NCBI GenBank assembly: GCA_018056165.1
Contig: JAGPGD010000002.1
Span: 7,686 to 71,685, forward strand
DNA length: 64,000 bases
Source of the DNA: Paludibacteraceae bacterium
GTDB taxonomy: Bacteria; Bacteroidota; Bacteroidia; Bacteroidales; Paludibacteraceae
Direction of reading: 5' to 3'
The notes under the pieces are model-generated. The model was given only the letters and a program-made list of their open reading frames with translations, was not told where the DNA came from and made no database searches. The stretch's first letter is position 1. The number at the start of each line of letters is the position of its first letter. Of the stretch, positions 31,052-39,666 are shown piece after piece. Made by a program: the position numbers and the translations under genes.

Positions 31052-32305
31052 TTATAATTTTCGTTTAAAAAACCAATTTTCATTGATACAGGCATTGAAA
31101 GTAAACTTAAAATAATTTTCTTTTAGTTTGCTGTAATTTCCAATTTTACCGTATTCGAAAGAAGCATTGATTATTGTTCTACTGTATCGTAATGGTAAAC
31201 CAACTCCAAAATTTATACCAAAATTTTTTCCTGGAGAAATTCCTTCTATTTTATAATAGGGATTACTTGTGTTAAAGCCAACACGGTAACGAATATGTTC
31301 AAAATATTTTCTTCCATTAGGGTTTGGAATATATTCTCCTCCTATAGCTATTTTATGGCGGTTAGCTAAGGTGTCTGTTTTCCCATAAAATCTGGCTTCT
31401 TCCCAATTTTGAAAACTATAATCAAGTCCTACTGAAAGTTTATTATGGTAAGTATAATATAAACCAGCTCCGAAAATTGTTGGCAAATCAAAAGCTAGAT
31501 CATAATTTATGGTGTCCACAGAAATACCAGAAATAATGGTTGAAGCATTTCCATTGAAATTTTTCTTTTGTTCATAAATTAACCCTAATGTAATTTCATG
31601 TTTTTTGGCAAAAGTTGTGAAAAACTGACCCCCATATCTGAATCTGAAATTATTCGCTTCAATATAGTTTAGTTGCGTAGTGGAAGTAAAATTTGTTGAT
31701 TGATTAAAACTGATATTTCTATAATTGTTGATACTTCCAAACATGTAATAGGCATTTACGCCTAATGCTAAATGGTGAAATAATTCGAAGGATAAACCAG
31801 CATAAAATTCACTGAATCCCCCTGAACCAACAAAGCTTTTAGTAGCAGTGAGGCTATCAGGTGTATCAGTATTATTGGCTAAAAAGAGGAGTTGAGTTTC
31901 GCTGAAATTATATCCAGAAAAAGAGTATGGTTGAATTCCAGCACTGACGCCGATTTTTTTTGCCAAAGGAAACTGAATAGTAAGATAATCCAAATTTCCT
32001 GTAAAAGTAGTCTTTTTGTTATTACCACTTGAAAAATTTGAAACCAACAAAGAAGCTCCCATGTCAAACATAAATGTCATACTATCCACTACGCTATAAG
32101 AAGCAGGGTTTACAGAATTAATACTTGCCGATGACCTGACTCCTATCGCAACTCCTCCCATAGCACGTTGTTCACCGTTGTGGTTATCATTGATTTCTCC
32201 ATATCCAAAACGAGTATAAGGAGAATTTGTATTGTTTTGACTATAAGATAGTTGCATCATCATTAAAGCAGCGAAGATAAAAAATAATACCTTATGGTTT
32301 AACAT
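31052..32305 (-). CDS. Outer-membrane beta-barrel protein, function unknown
   Basis: Signal peptide, NSPYTRFGYGE motif, alternating beta-strand pattern and C-terminal aromatic-rich strands. 417 aa. Confidence 0.55.
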   Translation of the reverse strand: MLNHKVLFFIFAALMMMQLSYSQNNTNSPYTRFGYGEINDNHNGEQRAMGGVAIGVRSSASINSVNPASYSVVDSMTFMFDMGASLLVSNFSSGNNKKTTFTGNLDYLTIQFPLAKKIGVSAGIQPYSFSGYNFSETQLLFLANNTDTPDSLTATKSFVGSGGFSEFYAGLSFELFHHLALGVNAYYMFGSINNYRNISFNQSTNFTSTTQLNYIEANNFRFRYGGQFFTTFAKKHEITLGLIYEQKKNFNGNASTIISGISVDTINYDLAFDLPTIFGAGLYYTYHNKLSVGLDYSFQNWEEARFYGKTDTLANRHKIAIGGEYIPNPNGRKYFEHIRYRVGFNTSNPYYKIEGISPGKNFGINFGVGLPLRYSRTIINASFEYGKIGNYSKLKENYFKFTFNACINENWFFKRKL

Positions 32306-33020
32306 TATATTGAAGTATGTGGTTAAGGCCTATGAGTACTAAATATTTTTCTACAAAGATGGTGTTTTTTAGCTTTTTATCAAAGTAAAAAACACTACCT
32401 CCTGTTAAAAAAGTTAAAAGTTTTGGGTATTGTAACCGTAAAAAATCTATATAGCCATCTATCTCGAAAGCAATACCTTGTATTACACCCGCTGCAATTG
32501 CAGTATACGTATCAACTCCAAGAATTGGAATATTGGGTGTTGGTTCAACAAGTGGTAATTTTTGAGTGAATTCATGGAGAGATTTAATTCTTAAATCAAT
32601 GCCTGGAGAGATATTACCCCCGCAATAAGTTTTATTGGCATCAATAAAATCGTAAGTTATTGCTGTTCCTGCATCAACAACCAGTACATCTGAGTTTGGC
32701 TTTAAAAATGAAGCACCTACCACTCCAGCTAAACGATCATTTCCTAAGGATTCGGGAGTTAAATATTTATTGATAATAGGGATAGGAGTTTTATCATCTA
32801 AAACAATTACAAAAGGTATTTTCTCTCTTAAAAAATTGATAAGTATAGGATCTTTTTCAATAACAGTTGAAAATATACAATTTTCTATAGGAAAATCTGA
32901 AAAAATTGATAAAAGAATCTTTATATTGAAATTTTGATACGAAAAGCATTGGATTAGTTTATCCTTATCAAATATTCCTGCTTTGGTACTTGAATTTCCT
33001 TGATCAATGCATAAATTCAT
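32292..33020 (-). CDS. coaX: Type III pantothenate kinase
   Basis: N-terminal LCIDQGNSSTK, then VVDAGTAITYD and GGNISPG motifs. 242 aa. Confidence 0.9.
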   Translation of the reverse strand: MNLCIDQGNSSTKAGIFDKDKLIQCFSYQNFNIKILLSIFSDFPIENCIFSTVIEKDPILINFLREKIPFVIVLDDKTPIPIINKYLTPESLGNDRLAGVVGASFLKPNSDVLVVDAGTAITYDFIDANKTYCGGNISPGIDLRIKSLHEFTQKLPLVEPTPNIPILGVDTYTAIAAGVIQGIAFEIDGYIDFLRLQYPKLLTFLTGGSVFYFDKKLKNTIFVEKYLVLIGLNHILQYNVKP

Positions 33021-33065
33021 AAAAAATTGAAATAGATTAAATTATATCAGCCATGAATGTTGAAT

Positions 33066-33917
33066 TTAAGGGATTATTTTTTCAATTGGAAGCACTAAAA
33101 TGCCTTCGGCACCACAAGCTTTCAATTTTTCAATAATATCCCAGAATTCTTTTTCAGATATCACGGCATGCAAAGAATGCCATCCTTCTTTTGCTAATGG
33201 CATGATGGTGGGACTTTTAATGCCAGGAATAATTTCAATAATTTTATTTAAATTATCTGTTGGAACATTCATCAAAACATATTTTTTCCCTTCTGCCATT
33301 TGTACGGCTTCAATTCTGAAAATAAATTCATCCAGAATTTGTTGCTTTTCTTCTGTCAATTGATAATTGCCAATGAGTAAGGCTTCGGATTCCATTACTT
33401 TTTCTACTTCTTTTAAATGATTTGTTATCAGCGTACTTCCTGTACTTACAATATCAAAAATAGCATCAGCTAATCCAATGTTAGGGGCAATTTCTACCGA
33501 GCCAGAAATGATATGAATATTAGCTTGAATATGGTTTTTCTTTAAAAAATCATTTAAAATGGTAGGATAAGAAGTAGCAATTGTTTTTCCATTAAACCAG
33601 GAAATATCAGTGTATTCAATTTCTTTTGGGATCGCTAACGAAAGCCTACATTTACTAAAACCTAATCGCTTGATAATTTTTACCTTTTTCTTTTTTTCAA
33701 CGAATTCATTTTCTCCTACAATACCCACATCAGCAATACCTTCTGCTACTGATTCGGGAATGTCATCATCTCTCAGAAATAAAACTTCGAGTGGAAAATT
33801 TAGAGCTGGCATCAATAATAACTTTTTGTTGGCTTCTAACTTTATCCCTACTTCTGTGAGTAACGATATAGTATCATCAAATAATCTTCCTTTAGATTGT
33901 ACTGCAACTCGTAACAT
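33066..33917 (-). CDS. hisG: ATP phosphoribosyltransferase (long form)
   Basis: MLRVAVQSKGRL.., DIPESVAEGIADVGIVGEN and DIVSTGSTL, plus a C-terminal regulatory domain. 283 aa. Confidence 0.9.
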   Translation of the reverse strand: MLRVAVQSKGRLFDDTISLLTEVGIKLEANKKLLLMPALNFPLEVLFLRDDDIPESVAEGIADVGIVGENEFVEKKKKVKIIKRLGFSKCRLSLAIPKEIEYTDISWFNGKTIATSYPTILNDFLKKNHIQANIHIISGSVEIAPNIGLADAIFDIVSTGSTLITNHLKEVEKVMESEALLIGNYQLTEEKQQILDEFIFRIEAVQMAEGKKYVLMNVPTDNLNKIIEIIPGIKSPTIMPLAKEGWHSLHAVISEKEFWDIIEKLKACGAEGILVLPIEKIIP

Positions 33918-34276
33918 ATTTTTTGATTTACATGATTTTATAGATATCCTACCATTTGATTCTAGTAAAGCCTTAAATCCACTTCAAAAGATATTAAAAA
34001 AGTCGAAAAGCCTTATAAAAAGGAGCTTTATGACTTGCTTGATAAAAATTCACACATTTTTTAGTGGAAAAATTCAACAACAAAGGTTCAAAGTTACACA
34101 TTCTATGATAAAAATCATTCATTTAGCAGAATAAATTCATAAACCAACTTATGAATAAGGCATAGTTTTATAAATTGATTAACTAAGCGATTGATAATGT
34201 GGATATTAACAACAGAAAAAAATTAAAATACTTAAAATCAAGTTTTTACTGATGGATTTTGAATTTATTTTATCCT

Positions 34277-35149
34277 TTAATTTCTTTTATCCATACCCCA
34301 CATTAATTTATTTTTTAAAGTATTAAAATAGGTATGATGAATTTGTTTAATAACTTTTATGGTAAAAGGAGCTTTTGAAATAATGAGTTTGGTGGTTTGA
34401 TTCAACACTTTCGATCGGCCATCCAATGATGCCAGAAAACTCTGGGTACGGCTATGAACCTCTAATTCTATAATCCAGCTATCAGGAATAATGATAGGGC
34501 GTACATTTAAACTGTGGGAAGCAACTGGTGATAAAATAAAATCTTGTGCCTGTGGTACGACAATTGGTCCCCCTACACTCATTGAATAAGCAGTGGAACC
34601 TGTTGGAGTGGCAACGATTAAGCCATCTGCTTGATAAGTGTTGATAAATTCGCCATTTACCGTAGCATTGATACTAATCATTGAAGATGAATCTTGTTTT
34701 GACACCGAAACTTCATTCAAGGCATAAGGGTATTCAAATGTTGTTTCATCGGAAGTTTTTACTAAAAGAGTAGTCCGATTTTCAATGCGATATTGTGAAT
34801 TTAAAATTGCTTCAAAAGCAGGAATAATTTCTTCACTTGAAATGTCGGCCAAAAAGCCCAATCTGCCTGTGTTGATACCTAATATTGGAATTCCTTTATT
34901 TCCAATCCGTGCAGCAGTATTTAAAAAAGTTCCATCCCCTCCAATACTCACCGCTAAATCTGCTTCAAAAAAATCAGTATCAATCACCTCAACTCCTTGT
35001 AGGTCAAATTCTTTTGTCTCTTCTATAAATTTATAGAGTTGACTTTCATACATCATGGTAATTTTTTGCTGAGTAAAATAATCAAATAAAACTTTAACAC
35101 AGGATAAAACCATAGGTCGATAAATATTCCCAAAAATGGCTATTTTCAT
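34277..35149 (-). CDS. nadK: NAD kinase
   Basis: GGDGTFL motif, NTGRLGFL, and ADGLIVATPTGSTAYSMSVGGPIV. 290 aa. Confidence 0.9.
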   Translation of the reverse strand: MKIAIFGNIYRPMVLSCVKVLFDYFTQQKITMMYESQLYKFIEETKEFDLQGVEVIDTDFFEADLAVSIGGDGTFLNTAARIGNKGIPILGINTGRLGFLADISSEEIIPAFEAILNSQYRIENRTTLLVKTSDETTFEYPYALNEVSVSKQDSSSMISINATVNGEFINTYQADGLIVATPTGSTAYSMSVGGPIVVPQAQDFILSPVASHSLNVRPIIIPDSWIIELEVHSRTQSFLASLDGRSKVLNQTTKLIISKAPFTIKVIKQIHHTYFNTLKNKLMWGMDKRN

Positions 35150-35376
35150 AAATTGTTGTTTATGATTGATTTAGTTGTATAATCGAAAAACAAAATACAC
35201 ACAAATTTAAAACAAATTGGACAATAATAAAGAAATATAGAAACGTTTTTGCATTTGAGGGATTAAAATTTGTTGTCAGATTGCATTTAAATATCATTAA
35301 GTTATATGAATAAATATCCTCTAAAATATAACCTGTTATAACTGCGCCATCACCATTTCTTATTTAATTCTGTGTC

Positions 35377-35405
35377 GTTTCAATTTCTTCTGGTGCGATT
35401 AAAAG
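35377..35405 (-). repeat. Solo CRISPR repeat (28/29 match to the array consensus), 9.2 kb from the array
   Basis: GTTTCAATTtCTTCTGGTGCGATTAAAAG, in the same orientation as the array repeats. It forms the 3' end of the truncated ORF 35380-35706 (tail ..FNRTRRN). Confidence 0.85.
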
Positions 35406-35706
35406 AATAATGAAAAAGAATAATGAAAAACAATGCGGCCAAAATAGCCATCTTGTATTTAGCGGCAATTGGTATCAATCGTTCGGTGCTCTCTCCCTCA
35501 GGAACAAATTCAGCCAGATACACCAATTGCAGTTTTGAAAGCTGTCGGGCAAAAGTATAACCCGTGATACAACACTCGTGAAATGCAATTACTTTAGAGT
35601 TGTCTTCTGCTGCTTTTCGAGTAAGGTTTTCAATTACCGATAAATTATAATTTTTATCTCCGCTATGGTTTTCAAATTGTGCGGTCGAAATTTTTAGTTT
35701 ATCCAT
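35380..35706 (-). pseudogene. Truncated carbon-nitrogen hydrolase (nitrilase superfamily) gene; only ~90 N-terminal residues remain
   Basis: MDKLKISTAQFENHSGDKNYNL..VIAFHECCITGY.. is a nitrilase-superfamily N-terminus with the catalytic Glu. Homology stops near 35440 and the frame runs through a 13-nt duplication into the solo CRISPR repeat. Confidence 0.7.
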
Positions 35707-35927
35707 AGATTTTAATTTAACTTATTCAGAAAGTTTTGGCAATTTTTCTCGTTTTTGTTTTTTTGTAACAGCAACAAATATCCATGATAAATAAATATGC
35801 ACGATAATTTTATGCGTGTCAATCTTAAGTCAACTTATGCGGTTCCACCGAACAAGCTATCGAATAGAAAATAAGCAAATTATTTTTAAAAAACTAAAAA
35901 GGCAAGGTTTTTACAGAAAAAAATATG

Positions 35928-35935
35928 TATTTTTG
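35928..35935 (+). promoter_or_regulatory. -7 promoter box TATTTTTG
   Basis: TAnnTTTG match 148 nt upstream of the ATG at 36083. Confidence 0.25.
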
Positions 35936-36082
35936 ACATATATAACCACTTTACTCATGCTCCCTAATTTGTTATAGTTGATTTTTTCCGCAGTCGTTAC
36001 ACTTTTATTTCCCGTTTACTGCTTTACTACAATGTGTAAACCAAATTATTAATGGCTGTTGAGTCAGTAAAACTCAAGATAT

Positions 36083-37237
36083 ATGAAAATTCCGAAATCT
36101 TTTAAACTTATTATTCTTTTTGTAGTATTAATATTAATGAGCAGAACAGCAAATGCAGATTCAATTTGTTCTCACAACAATTTTAGGTTTTTTGAAATTA
36201 TCGGGCAGGCAGGCGGGCATATTTACTCGGCCGATGCACTAAAGGAAGCATCACTAAATAAGTATAAGGAGTATAGGACATTGCAATTGAGGTATGGATG
36301 GAACAGTAGCGACCCTAACGGTTGGCAAAGCATGTATCTTTATCCCCAATACGGTATTGGGTGGTATAGTGGGTCTATTGGCGATCCAGAGATAGTAGGA
36401 AGGCCAAGTGCAGTATATGGATTTATTTCTTTTCCTCTTTCTTATGATCCGAAACATTACCCTTTCATTGAGGCGTCAATGGGTATTGGCTACAATTTTA
36501 AACCGTATCACAAAGAGCATAACTATCAAAATGATGCTATCGGTTCAAAGATCACCGGTTATCTTAATTTAAAATTAGCTGCAAATTACAGATTAAACCG
36601 CGAGTTGGACTTAATCTATGGGTTTGATATCATTCATTTCAGCAATGGCAGAATCTATAAGCCCAATGCCGGATTAAATATGCTCGGCATAAATTTAGGT
36701 TTAAGATACAATTTTAATACGATGCAAAAAGAGGTTGACAACTCATATCACCCCAAGGTGGTTCTCGATGCAAGGCCCCAGCATAATATATTCAGACCAA
36801 AAGAATCGATCAAACGCAGCGAATTTCTTCTATACAGTGCTTTTGGTTTAGTTCAAAACCATATGGACAACAGCAAACATTACGGCACATTCTCAACTTG
36901 CATTGAATACAGATACCTTATCAATACCTGTAGTGGCGTAACTGCCGGTTTCGATTTCTTTTATGACTCGAGCCTGAAACCTTTCTATCCGGACGAAAGT
37001 TACGACTTTTACGGTGTACATATTGGCTACGATTTTTTATTTTGGAAATTTGGTGCAAGGCTGCAAGGAGGGACTTATTTGACTCAAAAAGGACGTAATT
37101 TCAAAGGGCATTTTTTCTTTCGACCTGCCCTGCAGTACAACATTGGGAGTAAGTTTTATGCTCAAATTGGTCTGAAAACTCACAAGTTTAAAGCCGATTG
37201 GGTTGAGTGGGGGATTGGAGTAAAATTCCCGTGCTGA
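36083..37237 (+). CDS. Outer-membrane acyloxyacyl hydrolase / PagL-like lipid A deacylase family protein
   Basis: Signal peptide, beta-barrel pattern and a ..DIIHFSNGRIYKPNAGLNMLGINLGLRYNF motif (HxSN as in PagL-like proteins). 384 aa. Confidence 0.5.
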   Translation: MKIPKSFKLIILFVVLILMSRTANADSICSHNNFRFFEIIGQAGGHIYSADALKEASLNKYKEYRTLQLRYGWNSSDPNGWQSMYLYPQYGIGWYSGSIGDPEIVGRPSAVYGFISFPLSYDPKHYPFIEASMGIGYNFKPYHKEHNYQNDAIGSKITGYLNLKLAANYRLNRELDLIYGFDIIHFSNGRIYKPNAGLNMLGINLGLRYNFNTMQKEVDNSYHPKVVLDARPQHNIFRPKESIKRSEFLLYSAFGLVQNHMDNSKHYGTFSTCIEYRYLINTCSGVTAGFDFFYDSSLKPFYPDESYDFYGVHIGYDFLFWKFGARLQGGTYLTQKGRNFKGHFFFRPALQYNIGSKFYAQIGLKTHKFKADWVEWGIGVKFPC

Positions 37238-37373
37238 CAAAAGATTATCACCATCGCCGTTTTTTTATCGGGATCCAGATTTTGGGTTATTTTCGACGGA
37301 AAAGTGTTTCGCCAACCAGGGATTGTTATCATACTTTCTCCAGCATATTAATGAAAACCCGAATTTCCAGTAA

Positions 37374-37402
37374 CTTTCAATTCTTTATGGTGCGATGAAA
37401 AG
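37374..37402 (-). repeat. Degenerate solo CRISPR repeat (25/29 match) just downstream of the type III operon
   Basis: cTTTCAATTCtTTaTGGTGCGATgAAAAG, in the same orientation as the array. On the minus strand it ends in ATTGAAAG. Confidence 0.7.
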
Positions 37403-37423
37403 CGTTGAAAACGGTGGAAAATA

Positions 37424-37440
37424 AGGCTGAAAATCAGCCT
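37424..37440 (-). terminator. Hairpin downstream of the type III operon
   Basis: Perfect 7-bp stem AGGCTGA/TCAGCCT with a 3-nt loop, 27 nt after the cmr3-like stop and followed on the minus strand by TATTTTCC. Confidence 0.4.
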
Positions 37441-37466
37441 GTAAACATAAGATAAACTTCATTGTT

Positions 37467-38396
37467 CTAAAAAAATGATAATATCCCATTCCATTCAAGA
37501 ATTACTTTTTTACCATTACTTTTAAGTAGTAATGATCCTGGGGAGAAATAATAATTGGCCGTAGAAATGACTACACCGGGATTTTTTTTATAGGAACAAT
37601 CCGTTGAAGCACTTTCTTTTTCAATATTAAAATAGCCTCTTCCTGTAACGAGCTCTATCTCGCCCTCAAAATGCATTTCCGGGTGATATGTAAGGTGAGA
37701 AAGAATCGGTTTATCGTTCTCTAAGGGTATTACAATCTTTTCATTTTCCGGTTGATCGTTTATTGGCATTTTTTTCTTAGTGATGTATTCCAACTTCACT
37801 GAACCAAAACCATAAATCAACTCACCACCAAGAGTAAGTTCATCAATAAGGTTAAATTCTTTTACAAAAATTCCATTTTCATTCACGTCAATTTTGTTCC
37901 CCTGCAATTCAGCATCCTTTTTCACCCAGATACAACCAATGATTTGTGAGTATTTTATCTTTCCATCATCGCTTATATATTTATGCTTTATAAACTCAAT
38001 TTCGTGGAGAAATTGGTTTTTTGTTGTTTCCGAAGAAGGATCAACTGCTGTCAACACTCTGCTGCCTATAAATCTGTGCTCAAATTGGAATTTATCTAAC
38101 TTATCTCCAAAACTTAATCCTTTTTCTTGGTATTCAGGAATAAAAATAGTTTCCCCATCGTATAGGTAAAAATAGGAAAATCTGAAGTTTTCTTTGATCA
38201 GTTTACCAATTTTCTTATATTCTTTTGATGTTGGGTTATCCATTAAATGTTCGGTCGCTCTCTTTGTTACAGCACCCCAGAAGTTTTTTCCCGGAATGTA
38301 ATATCTTGTTGGGGATATTACCGAGCCCTTAAATGGCATATAGCCGATATGCAAAGGGCTTTCTAAGGTAAACACAATATCAAGCCTTGTCCACAT
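37467..38396 (-). CDS. cmr3: Type III RAMP, Cmr3/Cas5-like subunit (last gene of the operon)
   Basis: N-terminal RAMP beta-strand (LDIVFTLESPLHIG, YIPGKNFWGAVTKRA) and glycine-rich loop LTLGGELIYGFGSV. The position matches cmr3 in the III-C gene order. A Cas6-like alternative cannot be excluded by eye. Confidence 0.5.
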   Translation of the reverse strand: MWTRLDIVFTLESPLHIGYMPFKGSVISPTRYYIPGKNFWGAVTKRATEHLMDNPTSKEYKKIGKLIKENFRFSYFYLYDGETIFIPEYQEKGLSFGDKLDKFQFEHRFIGSRVLTAVDPSSETTKNQFLHEIEFIKHKYISDDGKIKYSQIIGCIWVKKDAELQGNKIDVNENGIFVKEFNLIDELTLGGELIYGFGSVKLEYITKKKMPINDQPENEKIVIPLENDKPILSHLTYHPEMHFEGEIELVTGRGYFNIEKESASTDCSYKKNPGVVISTANYYFSPGSLLLKSNGKKVILEWNGILSFF

Positions 38397-38763
38397 TTTT
38401 TTTCTCTTTTAGTTTTGAATGATATAAAGCAAAAGTTAGAGTGCGTTCCAGTATTTTTTTAAGAAAAAAAAGTTTATCAATATCTTTTGCAACTTCTTGT
38501 AGTTGCTTACAAAAAGCATTAAAATCCTCATAATTATTGTGAAAATCAACATTTAGATAACTTTTAATTTCATCATCCTTTAATAAATCAATTAAACTTT
38601 TTCTTATACTTTTATCCTCTTTTTCCAGCCAGAGAAACATGGCATAAACGCCATCTTCCTGTAAAATACCAAGAGCTTTTCTGAGAATATTCTCTTTTTT
38701 ATCTTCTGCATTTTCTCCTATGTCCTGACCTGTTTTTGCACATATATAATCAAGGTTTATCAT
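38380..38763 (-). CDS. cmr5: Type III small subunit (Cmr5/Cas11-like)
   Basis: 127-aa all-helical protein located between the cmr4-like and cmr3-like genes. Assigned by size, predicted helicity and position. Confidence 0.5.
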   Translation of the reverse strand: MINLDYICAKTGQDIGENAEDKKENILRKALGILQEDGVYAMFLWLEKEDKSIRKSLIDLLKDDEIKSYLNVDFHNNYEDFNAFCKQLQEVAKDIDKLFFLKKILERTLTFALYHSKLKEKKNVDKA

Positions 38764-38765
38764 GG

Positions 38766-39647
38766 TTATTGTCCTCCGTTTTGATTATTGTTTGTTTGAT
38801 TATTTTGTGTTTCAGCAGTGAAAAAATCCACTCTTCCAAATCCGCGAGTTCCCATACCACCCACTCCAAGAAGTTTTATATAGGGAAATGTAGCTTCTAT
38901 CAATGAGTATACATTACTGTTTTCATTGTCCTTACGTGAATCAACGATAGTTTCAAAAGCAATAACAGTGCCTCTGGGTATGGCTTCATAGGTAAATAAT
39001 GCAGTCTCAGCGGCAGTGCCTGTTTTTGGGTCTATCCTTACTGATGTTCTAACCTCAAGATTATCATTTACAAGATGCGAAAAGAGTTTATCAGATACTA
39101 CAACAATTCGTGTTAAAAAATTAATTAATTCTGCCGGCAAAACTACTGTTTTATCATTTTCAATATTTTGGACTTTTACCAGTAACCATCCAAGATTGAT
39201 GGAATTGCATGAAATTCCCTTTATTGCATAAGCTTCATCTTTAATTTCCGGAGGAATTTTTATTGCTTCTCCATTTGTATCTTTTATTTCACTTAGCCAA
39301 TATTCAAGTAATTCTTTTGTGGTTATCCACACAGTTCCTTCACTTGATGAAACAGGAAAAAAGACTATTTGGCCATCGTAAACTCTTACCATTCCCTGTT
39401 TGTTTTCGCTGCCAAAGGTTTCTTCAATTTTAATTTTATTAAATTTCTTTTCGTTTTTATCATCTTCAGCTTTTACAATCTCTGCATAAGCTCTTATAAC
39501 TCCTGCAAGAGAGGTACCAGGTATTTTTGGCACATCTGTAGCAGGTTCTCTGACTATGGTATTATCTACTCTACCAAGCCTATATCCTCCAGCTCCGATA
39601 TGCACCGGATCTAGGGTTTTCCCTAAATATTTTTCTGGGCTATTCAT
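38766..39647 (-). CDS. cmr4: Type III backbone RAMP Cmr4 (Cas7 family)
   Basis: DPVHIGAGGYRLGRVDNTIVREPATDVPKIPGTSLAGVIR (contains the catalytic-type Asp in GRVDN), then FGSENKQG, and a C-terminal G-rich loop LGVGGMGTRGFGRV. Confidence 0.8.
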   Translation of the reverse strand: MNSPEKYLGKTLDPVHIGAGGYRLGRVDNTIVREPATDVPKIPGTSLAGVIRAYAEIVKAEDDKNEKKFNKIKIEETFGSENKQGMVRVYDGQIVFFPVSSSEGTVWITTKELLEYWLSEIKDTNGEAIKIPPEIKDEAYAIKGISCNSINLGWLLVKVQNIENDKTVVLPAELINFLTRIVVVSDKLFSHLVNDNLEVRTSVRIDPKTGTAAETALFTYEAIPRGTVIAFETIVDSRKDNENSNVYSLIEATFPYIKLLGVGGMGTRGFGRVDFFTAETQNNQTNNNQNGGQ

Positions 39648-39666
39648 TTTTTAACCTCCTTTTATT

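Noticed and set aside
33610-34134. 174-aa ORF antisense to hisG. Many similar 60-140-aa antisense ORFs lie inside long genes (for example 4569-5000, 23340-23771, 58576-59537, 60142-60483).
   Set aside because: They are shadow ORFs opposite well-supported genes, with no recognisable motifs.
33918-34276. Histidine leader peptide or attenuator, or a riboswitch, upstream of hisG.
   Set aside because: There is no run of His codons (no GTGATG-type stretch on the plus strand) and no convincing terminator/antiterminator pairing visible by eye.
37300-37466. CreTA/CreR-like mini-array (two degenerate repeats around a pseudo-spacer) at the degenerate repeat next to the cmr operon.
   Set aside because: I found no second repeat-like sequence within about 30-45 nt on either side; the best candidates match 10/29 or 8/14. 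Only a solo repeat is supported.
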